61,900 bases of DNA from positions 1 to 61,900 of the forward strand of contig JBLIRP010000008.1 of the NCBI GenBank assembly GCA_049472355.1, read 5' to 3'. This DNA is from a bacterium. Lineage in GTDB: Bacteria; SZUA-182; DTGQ01; JAFGSM01. This document shows, one piece after another, positions 51,578 through 61,427 of this stretch. The translations under genes were made by a program, and so were the position numbers. Numbering within the stretch: the stretch's first letter is position 1; the number at the start of each line of letters is the position of its first letter. The notes below the pieces were generated by a model. It was not told the DNA's origin, made no database searches, and worked only from the letters and a program-made list of their open reading frames with translations.

Positions 51578-51694
51578 TCAGGATTTCCGTTTTTGTAAAG
51601 ACAAATATTCCTGGCGCTCGATCTCGTCGAGCTTGAAGCAGATGTATGTGATGGTCTCCTGGAGCTGGGGTATGAAAGAATATCCCAGGGTGTT
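51578..51694 (-). pseudogene. 3'-end remnant resembling V/A-type ATP synthase subunit D
   Basis: Translates NTLGYSFIPQLQETITYICFKLDEIERQE, similar to the NALEY..IP.L.ETI.YI..KLDE.ER C-terminal helix. No start codon. Confidence 0.5.
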
Positions 51695-51782
51695 TCAAAC
51701 CTTGTATGGTTGAGAATCTCGTTTCTTCAACTATCTTGGGTTCCTTGCTCCCAGGAGGGCTGTGGGCTTGAGGTAAGGGGCT

Positions 51783-51946
51783 TTAGAAGTACACCCTGAA
51801 TGATGCCCAGTACATATTCGGGTAGGCGCCGAATTCGGAGCGGAGCAGGGGATCCGCCGAGGGATTTCCCGATACGGTCTTTTTCCGATGCCGAGGGTGG
51901 CGCCCGCTGCAAGGTAGATATCCTGCGCGATGTTGTAGTTGATCCC
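51783..51946 (-). pseudogene. Frameshifted 3'-end remnant of a probable outer-membrane beta-barrel gene
   Basis: GINYNIAQDIYLAAGATLGIGK, then in another frame PLLRSEFGAYPNMYWASFRVYF-stop (terminal Phe, alternating pattern). Confidence 0.45.
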
Positions 51947-52112
51947 CTACATTCGAGTCCCTGATAAAAGAAATATCGCTGATCCTGTGATCAGAAAGTA
52001 CACCAGCGACTTCGATTGCGTAACCGGTGCCATATGCATGGGATTTCTATGAAGGAGTTGTCGTGCCAATGCACCGATTGCCATTTTTCTTTCCCTACGG
52101 TAAGATTAATAT

Positions 52113-53090
52113 ATGGATACACAAGAAATAGTCACCAATCCCCATGACAAATTCTTCAAGGAGTTCTTCTCAAAAGAGAAAGAGGCCAGGGAGTTTTTGT
52201 CTTTGTATCTGCCGGAGCACATAAAAAAAATCATAGACCTCTCAACGCTCTCCATCTCCAAAGACTCATTCATAGAAAAAGAGCTTCAGGAGTACTTTTC
52301 AGACATCCTCTATAAGGTAGAGATACAAGGCCAGTCTGCATGTATATATCTCCTTTTTGAGCATAAGAGCTATCCAGACGCACTCGTTGCCTTTCAGCTG
52401 CTTCGCTATATGGTAAGGATCTGGGAGCAGCTTTTAAACCAGAAGCAGATACACCCGGCCTTTCCCCTCATCATCCCCCTTGTTATCTATCATGGCAAGG
52501 CAAAATGGCGCATAGGCACCCAGTTTTCTCATCTTTTTTCTTCCCACGACCCCGCCCTTTCCCCCTATATACCTGACTTCACCTATCTTCTGTATGACCT
52601 ATCCCATCTCAGTGATGATCAGATAAAAGGGGCCGTGACACTCAAGGCATTTCTTCTGTTGCTCAAATATATCTTCCATGATGACTTCAGGAAGCAATTC
52701 TATGACATGGCAGACCTCTTTAAAGAATTGGCATCAAAGGCCACCGGAATGGAATATCTCGAAGCCTTTCTAAGATATATCATCAGCACCACCGATAAAA
52801 TCAATGAACAGGATATCAAGGAGATACTGACAAAAACAGTACCACAAGGAGGTGACACAATAATGCCGACCATAGCAGAAAAATGGGTTCAACAGGGGAT
52901 TCAACAGGGGATGCGACAAGGGCTTCTCGAAGCGATACAGTTAGGATTGGAGCTTAAGTTCGGCACAGACGGGCTCTCCCTCTATGCTGATATAAGCAAG
53001 ATTGACGATATTGCCCGATTACGCTCCATCAAAGAAGCCATTGTAATCGCGAAGGAGATTGAGGAAATCAGGGGATTGATCAAGGGATAA
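52113..53090 (+). CDS. Rpn/YhgA-like (Transposase_31) PD-(D/E)XK nuclease
   Basis: PHDKFFK, SDILY, LFEHKS, QLLRYM, PLVIYHG; C-terminal MPTIAE and QQGI/QQGM/RQGL repeats. Confidence 0.92.
   Translation: MDTQEIVTNPHDKFFKEFFSKEKEAREFLSLYLPEHIKKIIDLSTLSISKDSFIEKELQEYFSDILYKVEIQGQSACIYLLFEHKSYPDALVAFQLLRYMVRIWEQLLNQKQIHPAFPLIIPLVIYHGKAKWRIGTQFSHLFSSHDPALSPYIPDFTYLLYDLSHLSDDQIKGAVTLKAFLLLLKYIFHDDFRKQFYDMADLFKELASKATGMEYLEAFLRYIISTTDKINEQDIKEILTKTVPQGGDTIMPTIAEKWVQQGIQQGMRQGLLEAIQLGLELKFGTDGLSLYADISKIDDIARLRSIKEAIVIAKEIEEIRGLIKG
52863..53090 (+). CDS. Putative internally initiated small Rpn product (RpnS-like, 75 aa)
   Basis: AAGGAGGT at 52846-52853, 9 nt before the in-frame ATG at 52863. Confidence 0.65.
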   Translation: MPTIAEKWVQQGIQQGMRQGLLEAIQLGLELKFGTDGLSLYADISKIDDIARLRSIKEAIVIAKEIEEIRGLIKG

Positions 53091-53290
53091 CCTTGCGATA
53101 CAGCATGAAGAGGAGATGTCGTCCATAGAGCATCTAACACAATGACCCATCAAAAATCCCCCTTCTTAAGCATCGTCAAGAAATCGCTCATAGATAATCG
53201 TGCCATGTTTTGCAGATCACCTTTGCCAATCGGCGCATATTTTTGCGAGGCAGGGGCTTTAAATTCCTGAATGAATATCCCAATCCCGCC

Positions 53291-53418
53291 CGCTCCAGGA
53301 GAAGGTCCCCACGGGGGCGTCGTTGACCGAGACGTCCACCAAATGGTTCGTGTCGTAGTATTTCCACATCGATATGGTCAGGCTCCCTGATCCGGCAGCC
53401 CCGGGAACGGAGAGGGTG
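53291..53418 (-). repeat. Orphan 128-bp copy of an internal segment (56493-56620) of the second C25 gene
   Basis: Manual alignment: 120/128 identical, no indels. Confidence 0.9.
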
Positions 53419-53453
53419 TCATCCACAAAGGGGTAGGGCAGGGAACCATATCC

Positions 53454-53483
53454 TTGACAATAGGTCATAAATCACTCTAAAAT
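53454..53483 (+). promoter_or_regulatory. Putative sigma-70 promoter of the toxin-antitoxin module
   Basis: TTGACA-18 nt-TAAAAT. Confidence 0.5.
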
Positions 53484-53608
53484 TGGTTCAAAGAACGGAG
53501 GCTGGTTAGTCGTTACTTCACCATTATCTCATGCCCGAATAGGATTGAATTTTAAGATAGACTTATTGTCTGAAATTTAATAAATTATTTTTTAGGAGTT
53601 CCAGAATA

Positions 53609-53830
53609 ATGTCAAAATATAACGAAAAGATATTAAAAGATATAGAAGAAATTCCAGAAGATAAAAAACCCATTTTATATAAAATTATTCATTTGTTAGT
53701 CAAAGAGTTAAAACCCGTTTCAAAAATAACAAAAGAAAGAGGATCATTGAAAGGGATATGGAAAGATAGTCAAATCGATGAATCTTTATTTTATAAAGCG
53801 AAAAAATCATTATTTACATATGAAGAATAA
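53609..53830 (+). CDS. Putative antitoxin (73 aa)
   Basis: AGGAG RBS; SLKGIWK motif; directly upstream of a PIN pseudogene. Confidence 0.75.
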   Translation: MSKYNEKILKDIEEIPEDKKPILYKIIHLLVKELKPVSKITKERGSLKGIWKDSQIDESLFYKAKKSLFTYEE

Positions 53831-53841
53831 TTAGAGTAATT

Positions 53842-54228
53842 ATGTATTATATAGCTGATACCCATGCTTTAGTATGGTATTTTACAGAAAATGAACTCTT
53901 AAGTGTAAAGGCCCAAGAAGCATTCCAGCGCACGATTGAAAAATGATTAATAATTACTCCTACTATCGTTTTAGCTGAGATCTTATATATTTCCAAAAGG
54001 GCAAGAATTTCACTTACTTTTGAAGAAACGCTTTAAAAGATAAAATCGTATGAAAATTTTGATATTTCACCATTGGATGTTGATATTCTAAAAGTGGCCA
54101 ATAAGATTGAAATTGATATGGAGATGCATGATAGATTGATTGTAGCAACAGCCATAAATTATGATGCAACATTAATTACAAAAGATGAAAAGATTAGAGG
54201 ACTGGAAATAGTGCCTACCGTATGGTGA
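53842..54228 (+). pseudogene. VapC/PIN toxin with two in-frame stops
   Basis: MYYIADTHALVWY...EMHDRLIVATA...LITKD...PTVW; TGA at 53944 and TAA at 54034. Confidence 0.9.
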
Positions 54229-54470
54229 ATAGATGCAGTAGAATAATGGGGTTCTAGTCCTTTCGAACGCGCCATGATTATTAAAGGATTAGTCGAACGT
54301 GCTCGAAATGGTCGCCCACCAGTTTGGTTTGCTCGACGCCATTCGAAGTCACCCCTTTCTCAAAGGAAAGCTACCCTCAAAGGAGTAGGGCTTTGATTGA
54401 CTCGCGAATTCACACAGATCCCCCTCCAACTATCTAAATAATAATAACCGCCTGAGGAGCCCTTTTCCGC

Positions 54471-54627
54471 TGAGATCATCCTCGATCGTATCGATGAAGC
54501 ATTCCATCGGATGAAATCATCCCCGGCCCTGTCGATGCGGCATCCATTCAGATGAAATCATCCAAATAGTATCGATGCGGCATCCCACTCAGTTGCAGTC
54601 ATCCTCGATCGTGTCGATGAAGCATCC
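54471..54627 (-). repeat. Four degenerate ~40-bp tandem copies of the GCFIDT-coding unit
   Basis: Minus-strand consensus GGATGCYKCATCGAYAC...GGATGATTTCATC. The first copy is the gene's 3' end. Confidence 0.85.
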
Positions 54628-57600
54628 ACTGCCTCCAAAACTCAGGGCGTTGATGCCCGCGGTGCTCGCTGCCCGGGATCGCACGCTCTCGTCATCAGCG
54701 GAATCCACGGACGTCACCACGTACGAGTAGGAAATCCCGATCTGAGCGGAGGCATCGGCATATTCGGTCCCGGTGATCAGGTCGGTGTTCAGCTTTTCGT
54801 AGTCACCGTCTGGGGTGAGGGCCCGGTAGATGTTGTAGCCTGCCACCGTCCCGCCCTCGCAGTCCGTGGCCTCCTGCCAGCTCAGGACAACAATATCGTC
54901 TTCTCTTTGAGCCTGGAGCCCGTTCGGCCTCATGGGGAGAGGGATCTTCAATCTCATGGCCGGGTCCCCGAACAGAAGGAAGGTGGTGGTGATATCATCG
55001 AAGTCGATGGCATTGGCCAGAAGGATCAGTTTCGCTGCGCAGATTGCAGGTCCAAGGGTCCGGGTATCCTCGGTAAATACGGCATCCAAAAGGGCCGTAT
55101 CCAGGACAAACTGGCCCTCCGGTGCGGTCATCCCGGTGGGCATCAGGGCTGCTACCGCCCCCTTACCCTCTGATCGCAACAGGGCCTCCGCCAGGCAGGG
55201 GAAGCCGTAGCTTTCCGGATAGGCGAAGTAGCCCGTCAGGCAGGTCATGTTGATAAAGAAGGGGAGCTTCTCGCTGTTGGCCAGATTGGGATCAGCCAGG
55301 TCCGCATTCTTAAAGATGGCCTCACTGGCCCACATTTGCGTGGAGCCGTGGCCGCTGTAATTGACGATCAGGGCGCCCTCGTTGATCCCTTCCTTGATGT
55401 CCGCGGTCAGATACCCCGGTGCCAGGTAGTCGCCCAGATACCCCTTGAAGGGGGCATTCAATCCCGCGGGGATCAGGGAGGCCGCCTGTTCGCTTATGGT
55501 TTCAAAGATCCCCTCGTATGCCTCCACCTGGTTGTCGGCAACAAACAGGGTATTCTTCTCCCAGGTCTTGGTGTTCGCCGCGGCCTCGTAGGCAAGGACC
55601 TTGTTGACCATAACGGCAGCCTGAGCCGCGCCTGCCGCAGGAAGCCTTCCGATATACAGGTCGGGTGCGGCATCCTCCCCGCTGACCTGCACAAACCACG
55701 CATCCGTGAGTGTCTCGCCCATGTAATCGGTGAAGGTCAGATACGTGGGCACGTATGCATAGGCGGTTTCGTCAAGGCCCCAATTGTTCTTGTAATCGTA
55801 GGTAGCGTCCCCCAGAAGGAGCACATACGTGGGGGCAGGTCTGGTCCAGTTGTCGTAGGCAAAGGCGAGAAAATCCCTGATCGCCTGCGGGGTGACCATC
55901 CCGTAGCTGAACTCGTCATAGACGTCCTGCACATCCACCACCTTCACCCTGAGCCCCTGGGCCTCGCGAAGTGAAACAAGTTCGGTGAGCCATGCATAGA
56001 GGGCCCCATTCGCGTCCCAGCCCAGGTCCCGGTGGGTGATCAGGATATAGTCCGCACCGTTTTCCGGATCGGACAGGGCGGAGGCCGTATCCGCAGCTAC
56101 GGATGCCGGGGTCTTTGTCATACCCGAGGAAAGGACCAGGTAGGTGCGCTCCCCGGTGCTATTCGGATCGGGCTCACATTCCAGGGTATACGGGCCGGTG
56201 CCGGAGACCTGAAAATCCACGATCCGCGCCACATCCCCCGGTGAGGTAATATCAAAGGCCAAAAGGTCGTTTCCCGTAAACCCGGAAATCCGGTAGCGGT
56301 ATCCTGACTCATACGAGAATTGCAGCATGTCGTTTGCAGCGGAAAAATCCCTGGGGTACGTCACGTCAAACCAGTCCACAAAAATCGTGTCCAGGTCATT
56401 CGGGTCGCCCCCGCTGCTGCAGGTAAGCGTGACGGTGTTGTCCCCAGCCACCAGATCCACCGGATCGACGGCCGCCTGGTAGAAGGCGATATCGCTCCAG
56501 GAGAAGGTCCCCACGGGGGCGCCGTTGACCGAGACGTCCACCACATGGTTCGTGTCGTAGTACCCCCACATCGATATGGTCAGGCTCCCTGGTCCGGCTG
56601 CCCCGGGCACGGAGAGGGTGAAGTCCACGGGATTCCCTCCGCCGGCGAAGCCCGCCCCTACGACAGGATAGGTGTTGATGTCGAAAAACCACCGGTCCAT
56701 GGCGTCATCCCCGGGGGCTTCGCCCACATAGTACCGGTCCTCCTCATAGTGCACCCTGCCGACATGGGTATTGGGATCGGCAGCGACTCCCGGGGTGCTG
56801 GCTATTTCCGCCATCCGTTTGGGGTCTCCGGTGCCCCCCTCGGTGGTGAGCCAGTATACGTTGTGTTTTGCATATTTTTCATACTGCGCATCCAGGGGCC
56901 TTGCATAAAACTCGATATGGTCCCCGGTGTCAAGGCGGTCGTTCCCGTTCGGATCATACACGGATATGGCCGTCTCTTCTCCCCGGTGATACAGCCGGAC
57001 CTGGCTCAGGGCCATCCCTTCGACATCGATGCCGCCGGCCTCGAGCTCGGTTCTGGTCAGACGGCAGATGCCCTCGTCGGATACGAGGATTTTGCAGGCA
57101 GGCCCTTCAGAGGGCGGGGTCCAGGCCAGAAACCGCACGGCCCCGGAGTCCATGAGTGCCCTTTTCCGTGTATCCGTGTAATCCACCCTTACCCGGATCA
57201 GTTTCCGGTGCATGAGCTCCCCGGTGGCCGGATTAAAGGCCAGGGGATAGAAAATAAGTTGAAGCTTTTGCGTATCCCTGACAATATAGGTATGCCCCAA
57301 CCGGGCAACAACCTCCGGGTAAAAGGCATCCATGCCGTAGGCAGCCTCGTCCCTGGCAAAGACCTCTCCGACATGCGCCATGTCCCCTTCACCTTGGACG
57401 ACATTCTGCGGGACCGGGTAGACCCGGTAGCCGGAATGGGTCTGCTCGTGTACCTCTTGGACGGTCAATTGCGCTGATGTGCCCTCCGGAAGGTCAAGGA
57501 GTACCCCCTTCATGGGAAGCTCCGGGGCCCCGACCGCCTCCGTGAAACCGTGGATATAGCCCGGAATCCGGAGCCGCACATAGGATTCCCCGAGGGCCTC

Positions 57601-60300
57601 GACGCCCTCCGCGGCAAAGGCATCCGTGTGAAGCTCCACCGTGATGCCTGTCTCATCGGAGGAGAGGATGTGCACGCCCTTGGTGAGGGTCCGGGACCCG
57701 CTTTCTGCCTCAGGGGCGATCCTTCCATCTTCCTCCCCATCCGGGATGCCATCTCCGTCCGTATCCGGGTTGAGGGGATCGGTGCCCAGCACATACTCCG
57801 CCAGGTTGGTAAGCCCGTCCCCATCCGGATCGATCAGGGGGTCATTCATGAGCGGGCCGAGGCCGTAGGCGATCTCCCAGTCATCGGGCATGCCGTCACC
57901 CTTCCAGTCCACACAGACGGGGCCGTGAATGGTGTGCGTTCCGTGAACGTCGATGTCTTCTAACTTGTAGTAGTAAAGCTTGTCCTGGATGACATCCGTA
58001 TCCTCATAGGTGTATGCCTTTCCCATGACGGAAAAGCTCAGGGCGGGAATGAGCCTGTCCGTGAGTCTGGTGAAGGGCCCTGCCGGGCTCTGCGCCCGGT
58101 ACAGGTAAAATCCCATGTTGTCGATCTCCTGGGCGGTTTCCCAGGAAACCCGGATGGATGCATCCTCGCCCGTGGCGGTAAAGGAGATGAGGTCGATCGC
58201 CGTGGGCGGGCCCGCCTGCTCAACGCCCAGGCTCTTGAAGAAATGACCGCTTCCGATCACGGTATCGTTCTGGTTGTTGAACTCGGTCCGGATCCAGTCA
58301 TAGTCGCGGTTGGTTCCGGAGAAACGGACCTCGTCGATGAGTCCCAGGAAATCGTCCTTGAGGGGATAAACTGCGCTGCTCCCAATAGCACAGGCATCTC
58401 CGGAGTGAGTGATCACCTCGCTGGCCCCGGTACCATCGGCAGTCCCGTTCAAATAAAGGTACGATGTGGTGGGGGTGTAAACGACGCAGATGTGATTCCA
58501 GGCATTAAAGGTGGCGGGGGTATTGCCGTGGATATGCTTGGCATCATTAAACCATACCTCTATCGCCCCCACAGGGGGTGGGAGTTTCGCCTCTTTTACG
58601 GTGAGTCCCAGAGTCGCATCCGCACCAAATCCATAGGCCATCGGCCATTCAATCTCACCGCTCCCGTAACTGGTCGGCTTTACCCAGGCGGACATCGTCC
58701 AATTGGTGTAATTGGGTACATTGAGTGAGGGATCATTTGGAATGTCTATTCTGGTGGCGTCGCCAGGGACATTGAAATTGAGTGCCCCGTCTATTTTCCC
58801 CGTGGTGCTCACCGGACTGCCATGGGGTGTGCCGTCATTGCCGTAACTGGTTGAATCCTCGTTGGTGGCATCGGTGGCTTCCTTTAAATGCCACACCCCC
58901 TTGAAGTTGCCATCCCACACATTTCCCGGGTCCTCGGAGGGGGCCGTGACGCACGCGTTGCCGTAGAATATGTAGATGGTGGTATCGGTTGCCTTGGAAA
59001 GGGAATCGATCCTCACCCAGGCCACCAGGGTCCCGTTGGTGCCGTCATACGTTTCGATCTCGTGATAGAGGCCGGTCTCACCGTCGGATTTCCTGAAGAT
59101 GATGTCAGCGCCGTTGTCGCTTTCGATCCGGCCGTTGACGGGGTCCACGGTGGTGGTCTTGAGCCAGTTGCCGGACAGGCTGACCAGCACGGGAAAGCCG
59201 GTGGCAGGCAGGGTACCGGTGTTGTTAATGCCCACCAGTGTATGATCGATGGTGATCGACCTCCAGTAGGAAAACTTGCCGTCGCCGCAGTAGAAGTGGG
59301 TGACGCTGGTGGCGCTGCCTCCCACACTTCCGGATGCAAGGGTGATGTCGCTCGTCCCCAGATCCATGGTGACGGTGTCTTTTGCCAGGAGGTTGCTCAG
59401 ATCCCCCATGAGGATATAGTTGACCGTGGCGCCTGCAGAAATGTCGAAGTCGGTGCTGAAGGTGATGGTGGTGACCCCTGCGTTCACCACGCCCGAGCCG
59501 CCTACCGTGGTGGTCTCCCCGGCCTCGATCCCGCCGTTGTTATCACTGTCCACGTAAATCTCGAGGTTGGCAAAATCCCCCTGCACAATCCCTGTGACCG
59601 AGGAGAGTTGGAAGACCACCTGGTCGACGGTGAGCACGCCGGCTGTTTCGTTGGTCAGCTTAAAGCGGAAAAGCTGCACGCCGGTGAACGGGCTGGTGCC
59701 GACGAGGCTGTTCGTCTGCTGTCCTGCGGCATGGTCGGCAAGGGTCAATGAATCATCGGCAATAGTAATGGTCTTGTCATCGAAGTCATCGGCCGCACCA
59801 TCGTTATCCACGTCCAACTCCAAGTTGTCTGCCGGTGAGACAGCACTGAAGTCGGTGAATTTCGGACCCGAAACGGTGATATACTCACCCGCAGTAAAGG
59901 TGGTTTTCACTTCCAGGAACAGGGTCTTATTATCTACATATTTGGTTTTAGTGGCATCTATCTTGGCCGTCGCAGTACCGCCAAAGGTCAGTGCGATAAT
60001 GCTGGTATCCCAGATCATGTTGAAGCTCGATGGTATCCGAATACGGATATCATCCCCCCCCTTCCCCCCGGTTATCGTTCCCCCCACATTATCAATAATC
60101 GTGATGGTGCTGATGAGGGTGGCCGGATCGCCCACCTTAAAGGTTTGATTGGCTCCCGAGGAGATCGTTTGCGCTTCAACAGGCGCTGCAAACACAAAAA
60201 GGCTCAACGACAAAAACAGCACGCCAACCCGGAACCAAAATCCTTTGTTCAGGTTCCCGAATCCCTTCACCTGCCATCTATATGTGTGTTTGCCGTTCAT
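54589..60300 (-). CDS. Large (~1903 aa) secreted paralogue: spacer domain, DUF2341, LamG, Ca-binding repeats, gingipain propeptide, C25 peptidase, FN3, GCFIDT tail
   Basis: Start re-called at ATG 60300 (AGGAGG). Signal peptide ending VEA-Q; NYSGHG and MTC catalytic motifs; colinear with the C-terminal part of 37511-49018. Confidence 0.93.
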   Translation of the reverse strand: MNGKHTYRWQVKGFGNLNKGFWFRVGVLFLSLSLFVFAAPVEAQTISSGANQTFKVGDPATLISTITIIDNVGGTITGGKGGDDIRIRIPSSFNMIWDTSIIALTFGGTATAKIDATKTKYVDNKTLFLEVKTTFTAGEYITVSGPKFTDFSAVSPADNLELDVDNDGAADDFDDKTITIADDSLTLADHAAGQQTNSLVGTSPFTGVQLFRFKLTNETAGVLTVDQVVFQLSSVTGIVQGDFANLEIYVDSDNNGGIEAGETTTVGGSGVVNAGVTTITFSTDFDISAGATVNYILMGDLSNLLAKDTVTMDLGTSDITLASGSVGGSATSVTHFYCGDGKFSYWRSITIDHTLVGINNTGTLPATGFPVLVSLSGNWLKTTTVDPVNGRIESDNGADIIFRKSDGETGLYHEIETYDGTNGTLVAWVRIDSLSKATDTTIYIFYGNACVTAPSEDPGNVWDGNFKGVWHLKEATDATNEDSTSYGNDGTPHGSPVSTTGKIDGALNFNVPGDATRIDIPNDPSLNVPNYTNWTMSAWVKPTSYGSGEIEWPMAYGFGADATLGLTVKEAKLPPPVGAIEVWFNDAKHIHGNTPATFNAWNHICVVYTPTTSYLYLNGTADGTGASEVITHSGDACAIGSSAVYPLKDDFLGLIDEVRFSGTNRDYDWIRTEFNNQNDTVIGSGHFFKSLGVEQAGPPTAIDLISFTATGEDASIRVSWETAQEIDNMGFYLYRAQSPAGPFTRLTDRLIPALSFSVMGKAYTYEDTDVIQDKLYYYKLEDIDVHGTHTIHGPVCVDWKGDGMPDDWEIAYGLGPLMNDPLIDPDGDGLTNLAEYVLGTDPLNPDTDGDGIPDGEEDGRIAPEAESGSRTLTKGVHILSSDETGITVELHTDAFAAEGVEALGESYVRLRIPGYIHGFTEAVGAPELPMKGVLLDLPEGTSAQLTVQEVHEQTHSGYRVYPVPQNVVQGEGDMAHVGEVFARDEAAYGMDAFYPEVVARLGHTYIVRDTQKLQLIFYPLAFNPATGELMHRKLIRVRVDYTDTRKRALMDSGAVRFLAWTPPSEGPACKILVSDEGICRLTRTELEAGGIDVEGMALSQVRLYHRGEETAISVYDPNGNDRLDTGDHIEFYARPLDAQYEKYAKHNVYWLTTEGGTGDPKRMAEIASTPGVAADPNTHVGRVHYEEDRYYVGEAPGDDAMDRWFFDINTYPVVGAGFAGGGNPVDFTLSVPGAAGPGSLTISMWGYYDTNHVVDVSVNGAPVGTFSWSDIAFYQAAVDPVDLVAGDNTVTLTCSSGGDPNDLDTIFVDWFDVTYPRDFSAANDMLQFSYESGYRYRISGFTGNDLLAFDITSPGDVARIVDFQVSGTGPYTLECEPDPNSTGERTYLVLSSGMTKTPASVAADTASALSDPENGADYILITHRDLGWDANGALYAWLTELVSLREAQGLRVKVVDVQDVYDEFSYGMVTPQAIRDFLAFAYDNWTRPAPTYVLLLGDATYDYKNNWGLDETAYAYVPTYLTFTDYMGETLTDAWFVQVSGEDAAPDLYIGRLPAAGAAQAAVMVNKVLAYEAAANTKTWEKNTLFVADNQVEAYEGIFETISEQAASLIPAGLNAPFKGYLGDYLAPGYLTADIKEGINEGALIVNYSGHGSTQMWASEAIFKNADLADPNLANSEKLPFFINMTCLTGYFAYPESYGFPCLAEALLRSEGKGAVAALMPTGMTAPEGQFVLDTALLDAVFTEDTRTLGPAICAAKLILLANAIDFDDITTTFLLFGDPAMRLKIPLPMRPNGLQAQREDDIVVLSWQEATDCEGGTVAGYNIYRALTPDGDYEKLNTDLITGTEYADASAQIGISYSYVVTSVDSADDESVRSRAASTAGINALSFGGSGCFIDTIEDDCN

Positions 60301-60858
60301 TGTGGCCCTCCTATGGTCCCGCAAAGGGACCTTATTTTGCGGCCTGAATGCTGCTTGCCGTTTCCAGCCCCCTGAGGGGCGGCATAGAGCGCATTTTGTT
60401 TTTTTGATGTTGAAATGGTATGGCATTGATTATTCAGGAAAAGATGCGGGGAATGAACGATCTGCATGGGTCTTGAAAGGGAGCGTGCAATCATCGGAAG
60501 GCAGATAAGGCGCCTTGTGCTCCTCGGAAGGTTCATACGATTGCCCCCTCTATCTCGGACACCTGCTCATGGATTTCCATGGGCAGTGCCCTGATACAAT
60601 GCGCAGGCCCCCTGAGTGCCTTTTATTCGAAGGCACCTCGTCGTGCCTTCAAAACTCGTGGCCGGTATCCACTGTCCGCGGCTCGATGCATGCAATCGAT
60701 CCGTGCCGGCCCAAGCCTTCAACCGGGATTCTCATACCAACTCATATCACACAACAATCATCTCCATTTCATTCTAATCGGTATACGTATCCTTAATATT
60801 CTTTATCGGCCATTCTGAAAAAAATGTTCTGTCATATCTTTTCCGGTCTTCCCTTTTT

Positions 60859-61039
60859 GATAAGCTTGTAAAAAGTCATTTACGGAATCATTGCCAGGAT
60901 CTCATAAAAAGCCATCTGTCGGGTCATTGCTAGGAGCGCAGTGACGAAGCAATCTCATTGTTTTATATAAAAGAGAGATTGCCGCGTCGGCCTTCGGTCT
61001 ATTCTCAATGATACGGTATATGACTTTTACGAGACCATC
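60859..61039. mobile_element. Putative MITE with imperfect terminal inverted repeats and an internal REP-like palindrome
   Basis: Left GATAAGCTTGTAAAAAGTC, right GACTTTTACGAGACCATC; internal GTCATTGC...GCAATCTC...GAGATTGC...CAATGA. Confidence 0.6.
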
Positions 61040-61202
61040 AAAATTAGGTGTGAGAATTGGCCCGAAGAGCATTCTAATTCGTTTTTATCACTGGCCTTTC
61101 GATGTCTTTTTACACAAATGTTGTAATGATGATGGGCAGAAATGCAAGGTAACGCGAATGCTGAAACTGACAGGCGTCATTATCTGCTAATTGTATAAAG
61201 GA

Positions 61203-61420
61203 TTACCAAATTGTTTCAATGCAAGAAAGCTCTCGGAGGGATGCATCTTTGGTCATTTTTTCTCAAAGATACTCATTGACTCAGCAATAACAATCGAAGG
61301 AATAAAAATAACACCTTTTCCTTCTTCACATTTTTTAAAGATCTCTGAAGCCTTAGAACTGATTTTAGGGCTGTCTGTAAACCACCAGAGAAGAGCGTGT
61401 GTATCTATAACGAGGTTCAT
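61203..61420 (-). pseudogene. VapC/PIN toxin with internal deletion and frameshift
   Basis: MNLVIDTHALLWWF...IVIAE...EKK-stop (61253), followed directly in another frame by TKDASLRELSCIETIW-stop; the central HDR region is missing. Confidence 0.85.
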
Positions 61421-61427
61421 AGAAACT

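Noticed and set aside
52050..53212. TGGCACG half-sites near 52068 and 53205 (minus strand) as sigma-54 promoters
   Set aside because: Neither has GC at the -12 position with correct spacing.
53842..54228. Stop-codon recoding or selenocysteine in the PIN toxin
   Set aside because: Both TGA and TAA interrupt the frame, and TGA is a normal stop throughout the window.
54471..54627. CRISPR array
   Set aside because: Units are contiguous degenerate copies of the gene tail with no unique spacers; no cas genes.
53291..56620. Diversity-generating retroelement template/variable repeat pair
   Set aside because: Mismatches are not confined to adenines on one strand (four A and four T on the plus strand), the target is not C-terminal, and no reverse transcriptase is in the window.
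60301..60426. N-terminal 42-aa extension of the 1945-aa ORF
   Set aside because: A strong AGGAGG precedes ATG 60300, which places the signal peptide closer to the N-terminus.
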